Positions 45,507 to 55,800 of a stretch of DNA of 64,000 nt are shown here, one piece after another (position 1 is the first letter of the stretch; each line of letters begins with the position of its first letter). The translations under genes were made by a program, and so were the position numbers. Source of the stretch: a virus. The notes beneath the pieces were generated by a model. The model ran no database searches and was not told where the DNA came from. It was given only the letters and a program-made list of their open reading frames with translations. The DNA lies in the IMG/VR virus record IMGVR_UViG_3300019360_000147, positions 9,726-73,725 of that record; one strand, 5' to 3'.

Positions 45507-46169
45507 ATGGGCCTCTTGACCGCAACCCTTATCATCGACCAGGCCATGCAGGCGGCGGGAAATACGCGCATCCAAGCGTGGTCCCTGGTCCAGCTCAACA
45601 CGATTCTGCGGGAGGTCTATCGGCGCCGGGAGTGGCCCTTCACCGTCATCAACGTCGAGACGCTGTCCACGACGGCCAGTCAGGCGTATACAGACTACTC
45701 CGGGTTGACCCTGACCCTCTGGAAGCCGACGGTGATTCAGATCCGGTCTGGCACGAGCCTGTTCCCCGTCACGCCGCGCAAGGGCGGACTCTCGGCCTAT
45801 TTCGCGGACACCAGCCGATTGGCGGGGACGGGCAGACCGAGCAAGTACGTCTTGGACCGCCGGAATTCGCGCATCTACTGGGCGGACAGCATTCCGACGG
45901 CGGCGGAGACGATCTCGCTAACGTACATGGTCGCCGTAGCGGATGTGGCCCTTGGTGGGACGCCCGACCTCGTCACCCACACGAAGAACGGGGAGCAGTA
46001 CCTGATCGCCAGGCTGACGATGGAGATTAAGAGTCTGTACATGGGGGAAATCACGGAAGGGTCTGCGATTGCGACGCTCGTCCGAGAGAAAGAGGGCGCA
46101 CTCCTCGACGAGCGGTTCGATGACTCGGACGCGGCGACAGAGATTCCGGACAATGTGAGGTACACCTGA
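45507..46169 (+). CDS. head-tail adaptor protein
   Basis: LN..LREVY...WPF, GRPSKY motifs; position. Confidence 0.7.
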   Translation: MGLLTATLIIDQAMQAAGNTRIQAWSLVQLNTILREVYRRREWPFTVINVETLSTTASQAYTDYSGLTLTLWKPTVIQIRSGTSLFPVTPRKGGLSAYFADTSRLAGTGRPSKYVLDRRNSRIYWADSIPTAAETISLTYMVAVADVALGGTPDLVTHTKNGEQYLIARLTMEIKSLYMGEITEGSAIATLVREKEGALLDERFDDSDAATEIPDNVRYT

Positions 46170-47743
46170 TGCCGCCAGCCAGACCGCTGGAAATCGCCGA
46201 CGCCTTCCGCGGCGTGAGTCATTTGGGGGATCAGCAGTCCATCTCCCGGCGACAGCTCTGGCAGGCGCAGAACTTCTGGGCCCCGGGGCGCGGTGTGGCA
46301 GAGACCCGGCTGGGTGCCGCCCGCTTCAACAGCAGTGAGGTGTCGGGGGGCAAGGGCCGGAACATCGCCCGGTATTACCCGGCAGGCGGGACTGCTCGCA
46401 AGATCGTTGCCTTCAATTTGGCTGGCGGGGACAAACTCTACTACGGGACGGACGCGACGGGGGCCTTGACCGAGATCACCGGGGCCACGGCCCTCAGTGC
46501 AAACAAGCAGTGGCTCTTCAGCCAGTTCTCCGGGAACTTTTACGGCGGGAATGCGACGGAGGCCATCCAAAAAAGCACCAATGGGACGACGCGGGCCAAC
46601 ATCGGCGGAAGTCCTGCCCCGCCTGTGGCGTATCCGGGTCCGGTCTATCGGTCGCGGCTGACCTTCTTCGGCAACCCTAGCTTCCCGAAGCGGTGGTACT
46701 ACACGGACACGTTCACCGAGAACGTCCCCGCCGACAACTACGTCACCATCGAGCATCCTGAGGACATCAGCGCGGGAGCCGTCTATGGACGCGACGACGA
46801 TCAGGGGGTGTTTGGGGACCTCGCCATCTTCACCCCCAGCAGTACCTGGATCGTGCGCGGAGACTTCAAGGATATCGGGGGCGGGTATAGGCTGGACCGG
46901 GCCACGGATCGGCTGGGGTGCCCCTCGCCCCTGACCTTGGTGGACACGCCCTACGGATTATTTGGACTCGGCTACGACGCCACGACGGACTTCGTCGCGT
47001 TTATGATCCCGGTGGGATACGGGCGGCCGGTGGTGGTCTCAGACGCCATTCGCAACTTGGAGACCATGCCGCGGGCCTCCCGCAACCTGGCCAGTGCGGT
47101 TTACATAGACGGCTGGGTGCGGATCGCGTTCGCACCCTCCGGGCAGACGGTCCCCACGAAGGAGTGGTGGGCGGATCTGCGGGGCTACAGTTCCAACAAG
47201 CCCGACTTCGGCATTGAGTGGTGGGGGCCGATGACGGGCCGGAACATCGGGGCCATGATGGTGCAGAGCGAGGGCAGCGATGCCAACGAACTGATCGCGG
47301 TGGATGCGAATGCGGGGTACGTGAATACGCTGGATCCGGCGGATACGTGGAAGGATTTCGGGACCGCGTACACGGCTGTCCTGGAGACGAAATCCCTCGA
47401 CGGCGGCAACCCCCTCTACGCCAAGACCTTCGCGGGCTTCATGGTGGGGGCGAAGCCGACGGCGGATGAGAATGTGGCCGTGCGGGTCCTGCTGGATGAT
47501 GCGATTGCCATTGCCACCGAAACCCTTCCCATGGTCACCAGTTCCCCGCTGGTCGGAGAGGCGACGGTCGTGGGTGATGACACGATCGTGGGCGGCCCGA
47601 GATTTGCCGAGTATCTGCAATTCCTCGGCAGTCCGCTCTTTGGGCATCGGGTCAGCTTGGAGTTGACCTACGGTGGCGGGAATCAATTGTCCGTCCGGAG
47701 AATGAGTGCAATCGGCAGCGTGTCGAGACGCCTGCGGATCTAA
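46169..47743 (+). CDS. tail tubular/nozzle (stabilisation) protein
   Basis: Beta-propeller-like; LGCPSP, LETKSLDGG..YAK; position. Confidence 0.7.
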   Translation: MPPARPLEIADAFRGVSHLGDQQSISRRQLWQAQNFWAPGRGVAETRLGAARFNSSEVSGGKGRNIARYYPAGGTARKIVAFNLAGGDKLYYGTDATGALTEITGATALSANKQWLFSQFSGNFYGGNATEAIQKSTNGTTRANIGGSPAPPVAYPGPVYRSRLTFFGNPSFPKRWYYTDTFTENVPADNYVTIEHPEDISAGAVYGRDDDQGVFGDLAIFTPSSTWIVRGDFKDIGGGYRLDRATDRLGCPSPLTLVDTPYGLFGLGYDATTDFVAFMIPVGYGRPVVVSDAIRNLETMPRASRNLASAVYIDGWVRIAFAPSGQTVPTKEWWADLRGYSSNKPDFGIEWWGPMTGRNIGAMMVQSEGSDANELIAVDANAGYVNTLDPADTWKDFGTAYTAVLETKSLDGGNPLYAKTFAGFMVGAKPTADENVAVRVLLDDAIAIATETLPMVTSSPLVGEATVVGDDTIVGGPRFAEYLQFLGSPLFGHRVSLELTYGGGNQLSVRRMSAIGSVSRRLRI

Positions 47744-47753
47744 GGAGAGATTC

Positions 47754-48965
47754 ATGCAAAGATTTCTTGCCGCCCTTCTCAGCCTTCTCTTGGTCCTTTC
47801 GTCACTGACTGCCTTCGCAGACTCTTTGTCGATCACGGCATGGCAGACGGGGGACGCCCTCAATAGCACAAATTTGAACGCCCGCATGAACAGCATCAGC
47901 ACCTGGGCCAACGGCCTAGTGGCAAATGACAACATCAAATCCACCGCCGCCATCGTCGGCAGCAAACTCGATCTCACCTCCGGCACGGGACGTATCTCTC
48001 ACACGACGTCCGTTACTGATGATGCTCCAGTGTTCACCAGTGCCCAGACCTGGAACGATGCCGCTGAAGTATTCTCGGCCTGGCGGCTGACGGTCACGAA
48101 CACGAACTCTGCCTCCACCTCACGGCTTATTGATCTGCGCGTGGGCAGCACGATCATTGCCAGTATCTCCCGCACGGGGCAATTCAGCCTGAATCCTCAG
48201 AATTTCTCCTCTGGGCCGACGACGATGATGGATGGGGCGTGGTTCAATGTGGCCAGCGCCACGATGACGGACAATATCACCGCTGCCTCTGGCACCGCAC
48301 CGATGTTCATCGCGTACGCCTTCCAGCGCCCCGCCGTGGCTGCCGCGAATTCCTCAGTCACGACGACCAACGCCGCCACCGTCTTCATCGCCAGCGCCCC
48401 GGTGGCTGGCGACAACATGACCCTGACGAATCGTTACGCGCTGTGGGCGGCGGATGGTAGCTTCCGTTTTGGCGCCGGTCCCCATGCCATCGGCGGGGCG
48501 ACGAATCCCACCGCGCAGCTTCTCTTGACAGGCTCATATACGCCTTCGTCGAGCGTTGATGCGGCAGGTATTGTTTTGACCAGTACCCTCACTCCCGGCG
48601 CCGTGAACCTGAATGCCCGTGGAGTGCTAATTCAAGCGACGTTCAATAAACTCGGGAGCGGTACTCACACGATCTTTGCGGGCGTTCAGGTTGACGCTCC
48701 TACGGTTGGCGCTGGTGCAGCAACGCTAACGAATGCAGCAACGGTGTACATCACGGGCGCCCCCACCGCCGCGACGAACAACTATGCGCTGTGGGTGGAG
48801 GGGGGCGACGTGCGTTGGGGTGCGCCGCTTGTCGCTCTCGGCGGCGGTGCCGCTCCAACCTTCGGCACGATCGGTGGCTCCGGACCCGCAACGGGGGCTC
48901 AGAACTCATGGATGCGTATAATCGACTCGACCGGGGCCACCTTCTGGGTGCCCGCGTGGAAATGA
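47754..48965 (+). CDS. tail-fibre-like protein with an N-terminal Sec signal peptide
   Basis: MQRFLAALLSLLLVLSSLTAFA; fibre N-terminus (LNARMNSI..WANG, AAIVGSKL); repeated TNAATV.I..AP...YALW; C-terminal WVPAW. Confidence 0.75.
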   Translation: MQRFLAALLSLLLVLSSLTAFADSLSITAWQTGDALNSTNLNARMNSISTWANGLVANDNIKSTAAIVGSKLDLTSGTGRISHTTSVTDDAPVFTSAQTWNDAAEVFSAWRLTVTNTNSASTSRLIDLRVGSTIIASISRTGQFSLNPQNFSSGPTTMMDGAWFNVASATMTDNITAASGTAPMFIAYAFQRPAVAAANSSVTTTNAATVFIASAPVAGDNMTLTNRYALWAADGSFRFGAGPHAIGGATNPTAQLLLTGSYTPSSSVDAAGIVLTSTLTPGAVNLNARGVLIQATFNKLGSGTHTIFAGVQVDAPTVGAGAATLTNAATVYITGAPTAATNNYALWVEGGDVRWGAPLVALGGGAAPTFGTIGGSGPATGAQNSWMRIIDSTGATFWVPAWK

Positions 48966-49086
48966 CATGGCGAAGCCTGATCTCCCCTCGGAAAGGGGCA
49001 AGCGGCACGAGTTGTTCCTAAGCGAGGTAAACCGATGGGGCGGGAAATAGTTTCTACGTCCCAGCTATGAATGCGTCGTGGTAGTT

Positions 49087-49536
49087 ATGCGCGACCTCAC
49101 GTGGTATCAGCCCTGGCCCTGGCCGGTCTATGACGAGCCGGAAGACGCCCCGGACGGCTGGCCCGGCTTCCTGGCGGCACACCAGCATGAGGAGATCGCC
49201 GTCGCCCACTGGGACATCGCCAAAGCGCAGCAGGCGGGTGTGTGGTCGGAGGGCCTGCCCAACCTCGCCGTACTCCTGTTCAATTGGTATCCGGCCTGCA
49301 GCGCCGTGCCTGTCTTGTTTCGATGGGCCTATGTGCCGTTCAAGACGCTGGAGTACCGGTTACGCTACTCAAAGCGCGATGTGCCGTGTTACTTGACACT
49401 CTGGCGTTTGGATCGAGCAGCCAGTGACGACGAGTACGGATACCACTACTGGCCCAGCCGTTTTTGGAACGCGTGGTCGTTTTTTTTCTTCAAGGTGCTG
49501 TTATGGCCAAGAGCCACTGGACGAGCGTTCTTCTAA
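49087..49536 (+). CDS. Trp-rich hypothetical protein
   Basis: ORF of about 150 aa. Confidence 0.45.
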   Translation: MRDLTWYQPWPWPVYDEPEDAPDGWPGFLAAHQHEEIAVAHWDIAKAQQAGVWSEGLPNLAVLLFNWYPACSAVPVLFRWAYVPFKTLEYRLRYSKRDVPCYLTLWRLDRAASDDEYGYHYWPSRFWNAWSFFFFKVLLWPRATGRAFF

Positions 49537-49805
49537 TCACAGGGATAGGGGTCTGGGCATTCCCGCCCCTGGCAGAGTCCCAAGACGCACTGGGGGCCTG
49601 TCAGGACCAACTCCGGGGCGTGCGGGTGTACGCCGAACGCCTAGCGAAATCCAAGCAGGCAGATGATCTGGACGCGGCGCAGGTGATTGCGAACCTCATC
49701 AAACAGATTGAGAGCCTTCAGGCCGAGATGCAGCGGATAAAGGCGAAGCCACCAGAGAGTCCTACGGTTCCGAAAGTCGCCCCACAGGGCGGGGAGACAC
49801 ACTGA
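49503..49805 (+). CDS. small coiled-coil protein with a signal peptide
   Basis: Hydrophobic N-terminus then heptads; follows the fibre gene (chaperone-like position). Confidence 0.55.
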   Translation: MAKSHWTSVLLITGIGVWAFPPLAESQDALGACQDQLRGVRVYAERLAKSKQADDLDAAQVIANLIKQIESLQAEMQRIKAKPPESPTVPKVAPQGGETH

Positions 49806-51472
49806 TGGCCATTGACCTCACCGGCATCTTCCAAGGCGGCCCCGGCGCGAAGGGCGAGGATTTCTACAAACAGTTCCCCTTCCTCAGGCCTCCGGCTCCC
49901 CCGGAGGAGTCGCTGATGCGGTACGCGACCGCCCCAAAGCCCACGCAGCCTCCGACCCTTCCCATGACGCAGAATGCGCAGGGAGTCTGGGAGCCGACCG
50001 GGCCCGCACCGACCACGGGGGCAGACCTCTCCGGACTGGCCCCGCTGCGGCAGGCAAGTCGGCAGACCCTAGCGAATGCCTACGATCCGGGCGGGGGGGT
50101 GGACCAGCAGGCCCTCCAAGATCTCATCAATCGGCAACTCTGGGGGACGGGGGAATCTGCGGGTGTGTACTCCGGCATGGCCAGCCGCGGCCTGAACGAG
50201 TTACAGCCCGAGACCCAGTACGCCACGAGCAGGGTCGTCAAGGATTCTCTCCAGCAGCTCGCCGATCAGTACGCCGCCCGCCAGCGGGCCGCGATCGAGA
50301 CCGGCCGTACGACGGAGATGACCGAGCCGAACTTCCGATTGACCGAGGCCGGCGTGACGGGGGCATATGGGGGGCAGCCGACGTTGGAGAATCTCCTCGG
50401 CACCCGGGCCCTCGACATCCGGGGTGAGGAAGCGGCGACGCGGTCAAAGCAGCTTGAGGAGGAGTTGAGTTTCCGGCGGCAGGCGCTGCTCGGGTCGATG
50501 ATCGGGGGATTGGCCGAGCGGAGCGGACTCCTGGATCTGATATTTGGCGGCCGTGCTGGCACGGCAGGCGGGGGACTGTTGGGAACGGCAACCGGTGCTG
50601 CGACACGGGGGCTATTGCCGCAGGCCGTGCGATGGATCGGGGAACAGCTTGGATTTGGCAGCGATATTGCGGCGTATACCCCGCAGCAGCGGGCCATCAT
50701 CGACTCCATGACCCGGCAGGATGCCATGGTGGAATCGATGAACATGGGTCAAGGCGGGGGCGGGGGCGGTGGTGCTGGCGGGGCGGTTGGCGGGGCGGCC
50801 AGTGGAGTCGGAGCCGCAAATACCGTCAGCGGTATGGCGGGCGGGCCGACGATCCAAGGTCTGTTGGCTGGCGTCGGGGCCTTAACTCCAGGGGGTGTCG
50901 GAGCAGCCGCGCCATCTATCGAGGCCGGGTTGGTTGAGATGTTGGGGCCGGAGCTGGCCGCCGAATTGGGGTATGGGGCTGGAGCCACTGCTGGCGGCGC
51001 AGCGGGCGGCGCTGCTGGCGGCGGTGGCGCGGGGGCCGGTGCAGCTGGCGCAACTCCGCTCGCCGCTTGGGCGCTTCCGGTTGCGGCGATTGGCTTGCCG
51101 GTGGCAGCTGGTCTAAGTGCCGGCTACGCGAACAAGAAACTTATGGGTGCGGAGTATGGAGCAAAGATGGCGTTCCAGGGTCAAATGGCCAAGAATCCAC
51201 AAATCGGGCAAACCCTCTTAGCGAACTTCCAAGATGAGGTGAACAGGGCCATCGCAGCCGACGTGGACGTGTATCCCGGCGATGTGATGACTCGGGCGAT
51301 CCAGCGGACCGGCATTCCCACGACGAATGACGTTTATACGGCTGGAATCAGTCAGGTACTAACGGGTGAACAGCCATACGCGCAAGTGTGGGCACAACTT
51401 CATGATTGGCTACGGCAGAAAGCTTACTCGATTTACGCCAATCCAGCCTGGGATATGGACCTCGGGAAGTAG
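49805..51472 (+). CDS. probable ejection (internal virion) protein
   Basis: Gly/Ala-rich hydrophobic stretches; podoviral position. Confidence 0.6.
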   Translation: MAIDLTGIFQGGPGAKGEDFYKQFPFLRPPAPPEESLMRYATAPKPTQPPTLPMTQNAQGVWEPTGPAPTTGADLSGLAPLRQASRQTLANAYDPGGGVDQQALQDLINRQLWGTGESAGVYSGMASRGLNELQPETQYATSRVVKDSLQQLADQYAARQRAAIETGRTTEMTEPNFRLTEAGVTGAYGGQPTLENLLGTRALDIRGEEAATRSKQLEEELSFRRQALLGSMIGGLAERSGLLDLIFGGRAGTAGGGLLGTATGAATRGLLPQAVRWIGEQLGFGSDIAAYTPQQRAIIDSMTRQDAMVESMNMGQGGGGGGGAGGAVGGAASGVGAANTVSGMAGGPTIQGLLAGVGALTPGGVGAAAPSIEAGLVEMLGPELAAELGYGAGATAGGAAGGAAGGGGAGAGAAGATPLAAWALPVAAIGLPVAAGLSAGYANKKLMGAEYGAKMAFQGQMAKNPQIGQTLLANFQDEVNRAIAADVDVYPGDVMTRAIQRTGIPTTNDVYTAGISQVLTGEQPYAQVWAQLHDWLRQKAYSIYANPAWDMDLGK

Positions 51473-51588
51473 TTGCGGCCGATGTTGTAAGCGGGGGGGC
51501 GGGCTGACTGCGGAAGAGTTAACACGATGGGGGGACATGTAGGGTCTGGTGTTCTGACCGAGGGCGAAAAGACGATTCGGAGAGTGCG

Positions 51589-52800
51589 ATGGCCAATTTC
51601 CTGAACGTCGGGATTCCCTCAGCTATCTTGGCGGCCGTCGGGTCGGCACCCGAGCAACGGGAGCGGGCGGACCGACTCGCCCAACTCGAGGCTCAGCGGC
51701 AATACCAGGCCGAACGGCTCGGACTGGATCGGGAGACGCTGGCGGAGACGCGCCGGCAGCACGATCTGCAGTACGGACCGAGCACGATCAACGTCCCCGG
51801 CGTCGGGGAGATCACCGGGCCACGCTGGGCCATCCCCTCCCTGATTCAAGCGGCGTCTGCTCGGGAGCGGGAGGTGAGTCCGACGGAACTCGGGGCACTG
51901 GCGACCATCCGGGAGCGCATCGTGAATCCCCAGGTGGGCGGCATGGTGGATCTTCCCCAAGACATCAGACTACCGCGGACCTCGGTGGAGAAGCTCTTCA
52001 CGGAGGCGGGGGCGCAGCGGAAAGAGGTCGATCTTGCCGCCGCCAAGCAGAAGCAGGGACTCGCGAATGCACGGTACCGGCAGGCATACTCTCTCGGGAT
52101 CGCTCAGGGAATTCCCCATCCGGTCGCCGATGCGATGGCAATCGAGACCGCGACGAAGGAATTCGGCGTGGCACCTGAGCGTGAGGCCTTTGCAACGGAG
52201 CCAAGGGAGGGGCGGCAACCCACCGAGGCGAGTCTTGCGTTCGATGCGGCTCGCGGAGATCCCGCCAAGGCCCTGGACATTCTCAAAAAGCAAAAGCGGG
52301 AGGTCGGACGGAGTAAGGTGGATCTGGCTCTTGAGGTGGCTGGCGGAGATCCCGCCAAGGCCATCGCCATCCTGGACCGGGATGAACAGCGGGAGCGTGA
52401 CTCCGCGTGGGCAAAGGCCAGCACTATCCTCACGCAGGCCCGGAACATACGATCCATGGAGCAGGGCCGATTCGGCAAGATCATCATGGATCCGGTCGAG
52501 GAGGAGAACGTGATCAGTCGCATCGCCAATCAACTGGCGGTGGGGACGCGCGATCCACTGGTCCAGGACATTGTTCGGACAATGATGGGGGGGCTTGGCG
52601 GGGGTGTCCAACCCCCTGGGGCACAGCCGCCCGTGGCTCCTCCAACTCAACCGCGTCCCGCGCCGGCCGTGCGGCCACCGGCACCAGCCGGGGCACCCGA
52701 GACGCTTAGTCGACGTGACACACGGTACAGCAAACTCCAGGGTCGTGGACTGTCCGACCAGCAGATCGAGACACAATTCGGGGTGAGGATCGTTCCATAG
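51589..52800 (+). CDS. probable ejection protein
   Basis: Helical, with a duplicated A.GDPAKA motif; position. Confidence 0.6.
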   Translation: MANFLNVGIPSAILAAVGSAPEQRERADRLAQLEAQRQYQAERLGLDRETLAETRRQHDLQYGPSTINVPGVGEITGPRWAIPSLIQAASAREREVSPTELGALATIRERIVNPQVGGMVDLPQDIRLPRTSVEKLFTEAGAQRKEVDLAAAKQKQGLANARYRQAYSLGIAQGIPHPVADAMAIETATKEFGVAPEREAFATEPREGRQPTEASLAFDAARGDPAKALDILKKQKREVGRSKVDLALEVAGGDPAKAIAILDRDEQRERDSAWAKASTILTQARNIRSMEQGRFGKIIMDPVEEENVISRIANQLAVGTRDPLVQDIVRTMMGGLGGGVQPPGAQPPVAPPTQPRPAPAVRPPAPAGAPETLSRRDTRYSKLQGRGLSDQQIETQFGVRIVP

Positions 52801-55800
52801 ATGGGGCTCGCTGAGATCGACAACTTTCTGAGTGCTGACACGCCACGCGCCGGAGGACTGGCGGCGATCGACGACTATCTGGAACAGCCACCTGCCTCCT
52901 CAACCTGGCGCGATCGCATGTTCAAGACCGGGCAGGAGACGCTGGCGGATCCGAACGCGACGACCGGGGAGCGGTTCTTGGCGGGGGTGACGACCGGGAT
53001 GCGGTCCGTGCCAAGTCCGTTCCGTCCCCTTCCAGGGCCACAGGCGACGCTTGAAGAGATCCAACAGGATCCGCTTCCGACCCGGATCGCCGAAGTGCCG
53101 ATGCTGCCATTTTCGATGGCGTTTTCCGGGGTCACGCGTGGGCTGGAAGAGGCCGGGGTCATCAGCCGGGAGACCACGGAGAATCTGGCGAAAATCCCCG
53201 TGGCGCTCGCCCCGATGTTCATGGCGCCGCCTCCACGGCCAGCACGATCCATCCCACCCCTGCGGGCGAAGCAGGCTATGACTGAGGCTCCACCGATCGT
53301 CCGACCGATTCCAGAGCCTGGGGGGCCACCGATGCAACCGGTGGAGCCCCCCGTTGCCCCCCGTGCCAGACCGATGGGTCCTGTCCCGGAGCCGACCGTG
53401 ACCCTGGGGAGTTTGGGCGGGGGCCTGCAAGATATCGCTGGCTACCTGCCTGAGTCAGTCCGGAATCTGCCTGCGACCTATTGGAAGGAGGTCCAGAAGG
53501 GCTTGGATTACATCTCCGCCAAGACGCCGAGTGTCCTCCCGATCGTCCGACCGATTCCAGAGCCTGGGGGGCCACCGATGCAACCGGTGGAGCCCCCCGT
53601 TGCCCCCCGTGCCAGACCGATGGGTCCTGTCCCGGAGCCGTTGACCACCGTCGCCCCGGAACTCGCTATGCCGGAGGTCATCCGCCGGGCGATTGAACCG
53701 ACCCGTCCAGCGAAACTGCCTGCGGTCGGGATCGGGGATGTGCAGGAAGTCCGGTTCGACGCCAAACAGGAGAAGGCCAAGATCGCCGGGTACCGGGCGG
53801 GGGCGGAGGAGCCGATTCCAGTACCGAGAGCCGAGAGCCGAGAGCCGAGCAAGATGGAGGGAGCGGCCCGGGAGCCATTCTTCGGGGAGGTGGACCGACT
53901 GGCGGCGGAAGAGGCTGGGCTCTTCCGGCGGGAGCCCGTGGGTGCGCCTATGCGCGTCGAGACGCCAGAAGGGGCTCGGGCGGTCACCGCCATGGATCCA
54001 CGCCTTATGAAGGTTTTGGGGGGGAACCTCTATTCGGGCGACCTTGGCGTTGTGGCCGTGAAAGAGATGCTGCAGAACGCCACGGACAGTCTGCGCGCCC
54101 TGGAGAAGCCCGGCACTGGAACCGTCCGGGCGTCGGTGGACTCCGTTAAGCGGACGATTACGGTCACGGATACTGGGGCGGGCATGACGCCGGAGGTGGC
54201 GACCAGGGAATTGGTGGATATCGGGGGATCGTCAAAGGCCGAAGGCTCGGCCGGGGGATTTGGAATCGCCAAGGTCGCGATCTTCTCCAACGCCGAAGAC
54301 ATCCGAATCGTGAGCGTGGCCAAGGACTCTCGGACTGGCAAGGTAGTGTCCACGACGCTGCACGGAACTGGTCTGGACTGGGCCGATCCGGCCAAGGGGC
54401 TCTCGGTCGAGAGCAAGCCCATGCCGCCGGATGCCCAGACCGGCACAACGATGACGATTCGCCTCAGCCAGGAGACCCCGTTTTCTCTCGGGCCCTCCCG
54501 AGACTTCCTTCAGGCGTTCGCAGACACCCATCGCCTCGAGGGGAAATTCACGTTGGAAGTGAATGGAAGTCCGGTGACACCCGGGGCAGGACCGCCGGTC
54601 GAGCGGATTGCCAGCCTGCCTATCCAGGAGGCGACGATCGATATCTACGCCTCGAAGGAGACCAAGCGCGTTCCGAGCATCGACTACGTCGTCCTGAACA
54701 AGGGTCTGCCGCAGTTTCGGGATGCCTTCTGGACCGGCAACGATCTCCCACTTCCGGAACGCGTCATCCTGGACGTGAAACCCACGGCAGGTCCGGAGTC
54801 GGCCGGATATCCCTTCCGGCCTGACCGACAGGGCTTTCGGGGTCACGTCACCGACTCCCTGAACAACTATTTCATGCAGCAACTGATGGCCGATGCGGCC
54901 CAGGCCGACCGAGCCATGTACGCCAAATCCTTCAAGGAAGGACGCCCCATCGGCCGGACCGGCATCCACCTCATTGACACGACGGGGGCCTTGCCGACCA
55001 AGTTCCTGGACGCTCTGGCGTCCGAACCGCATCTGGCCACGATCGCAGAGCAGATTAAGGTCGCCTTCCACCTCCTCCAGGCCGAACTGCCCGGTCTGCC
55101 CCAGGCCGAATTCGGAGGGATTGGTCTGAGCGAGCGGTTCCTCGCGACCAACGTGATGGGCAAGGCGGTCTTTGGGGAAGGGGCCAAGAACCTCATCCTT
55201 GTCAATCCGTACAGCGTCCTGGCCGAGGTCGAACAGGCGATCAGACTCGGGCAGGTGAAGCGGGCCCAGGCCCGTGAGCACTTCGGCGATCGCCTGGTCG
55301 CGGTCCTCATCCATGAGCTCAGCCATCAGGGGAGCCGGGCACACGGCGAGGAATTCGCTGGTATCCTGACCCGGAGTTATGCTACGCTATCTCGGACTGC
55401 GGTCAAGGTTGCGGATCGGATCGCGTATGGGCTCTCGCCACGCGATCTGTTCGGGAGGTCTACGGATGTCTACGACGGCGCCGCCAAAGCCCTCGGCCAG
55501 CTCCAGCCCCTCTGGCAGACTGCACCGGATATTTTTGGCAAGATTAGCACCGGCCTTGCAGAACCCAGCCGAGGCGGCCGCCCTACGGGCGGTCCTCGGA
55601 CTGGCCCAGCAGGCGGGACTGGACCCGAAGGCCCTGTACGAGGACGCAGTGAAGTCCAGGCCGGCAGGGTGGAGCCCAGCCCCACCGTACGGACTCGTCC
55701 GACCAGGGTCCGCGAGGAAGTTGCCCGCCCCGGAGGCCCCGAGTCCATCCCCGGCCCCGGCCCCGTTGCCCCCGGCGGAGTCCCCGAAGGCGCCAGCCGG

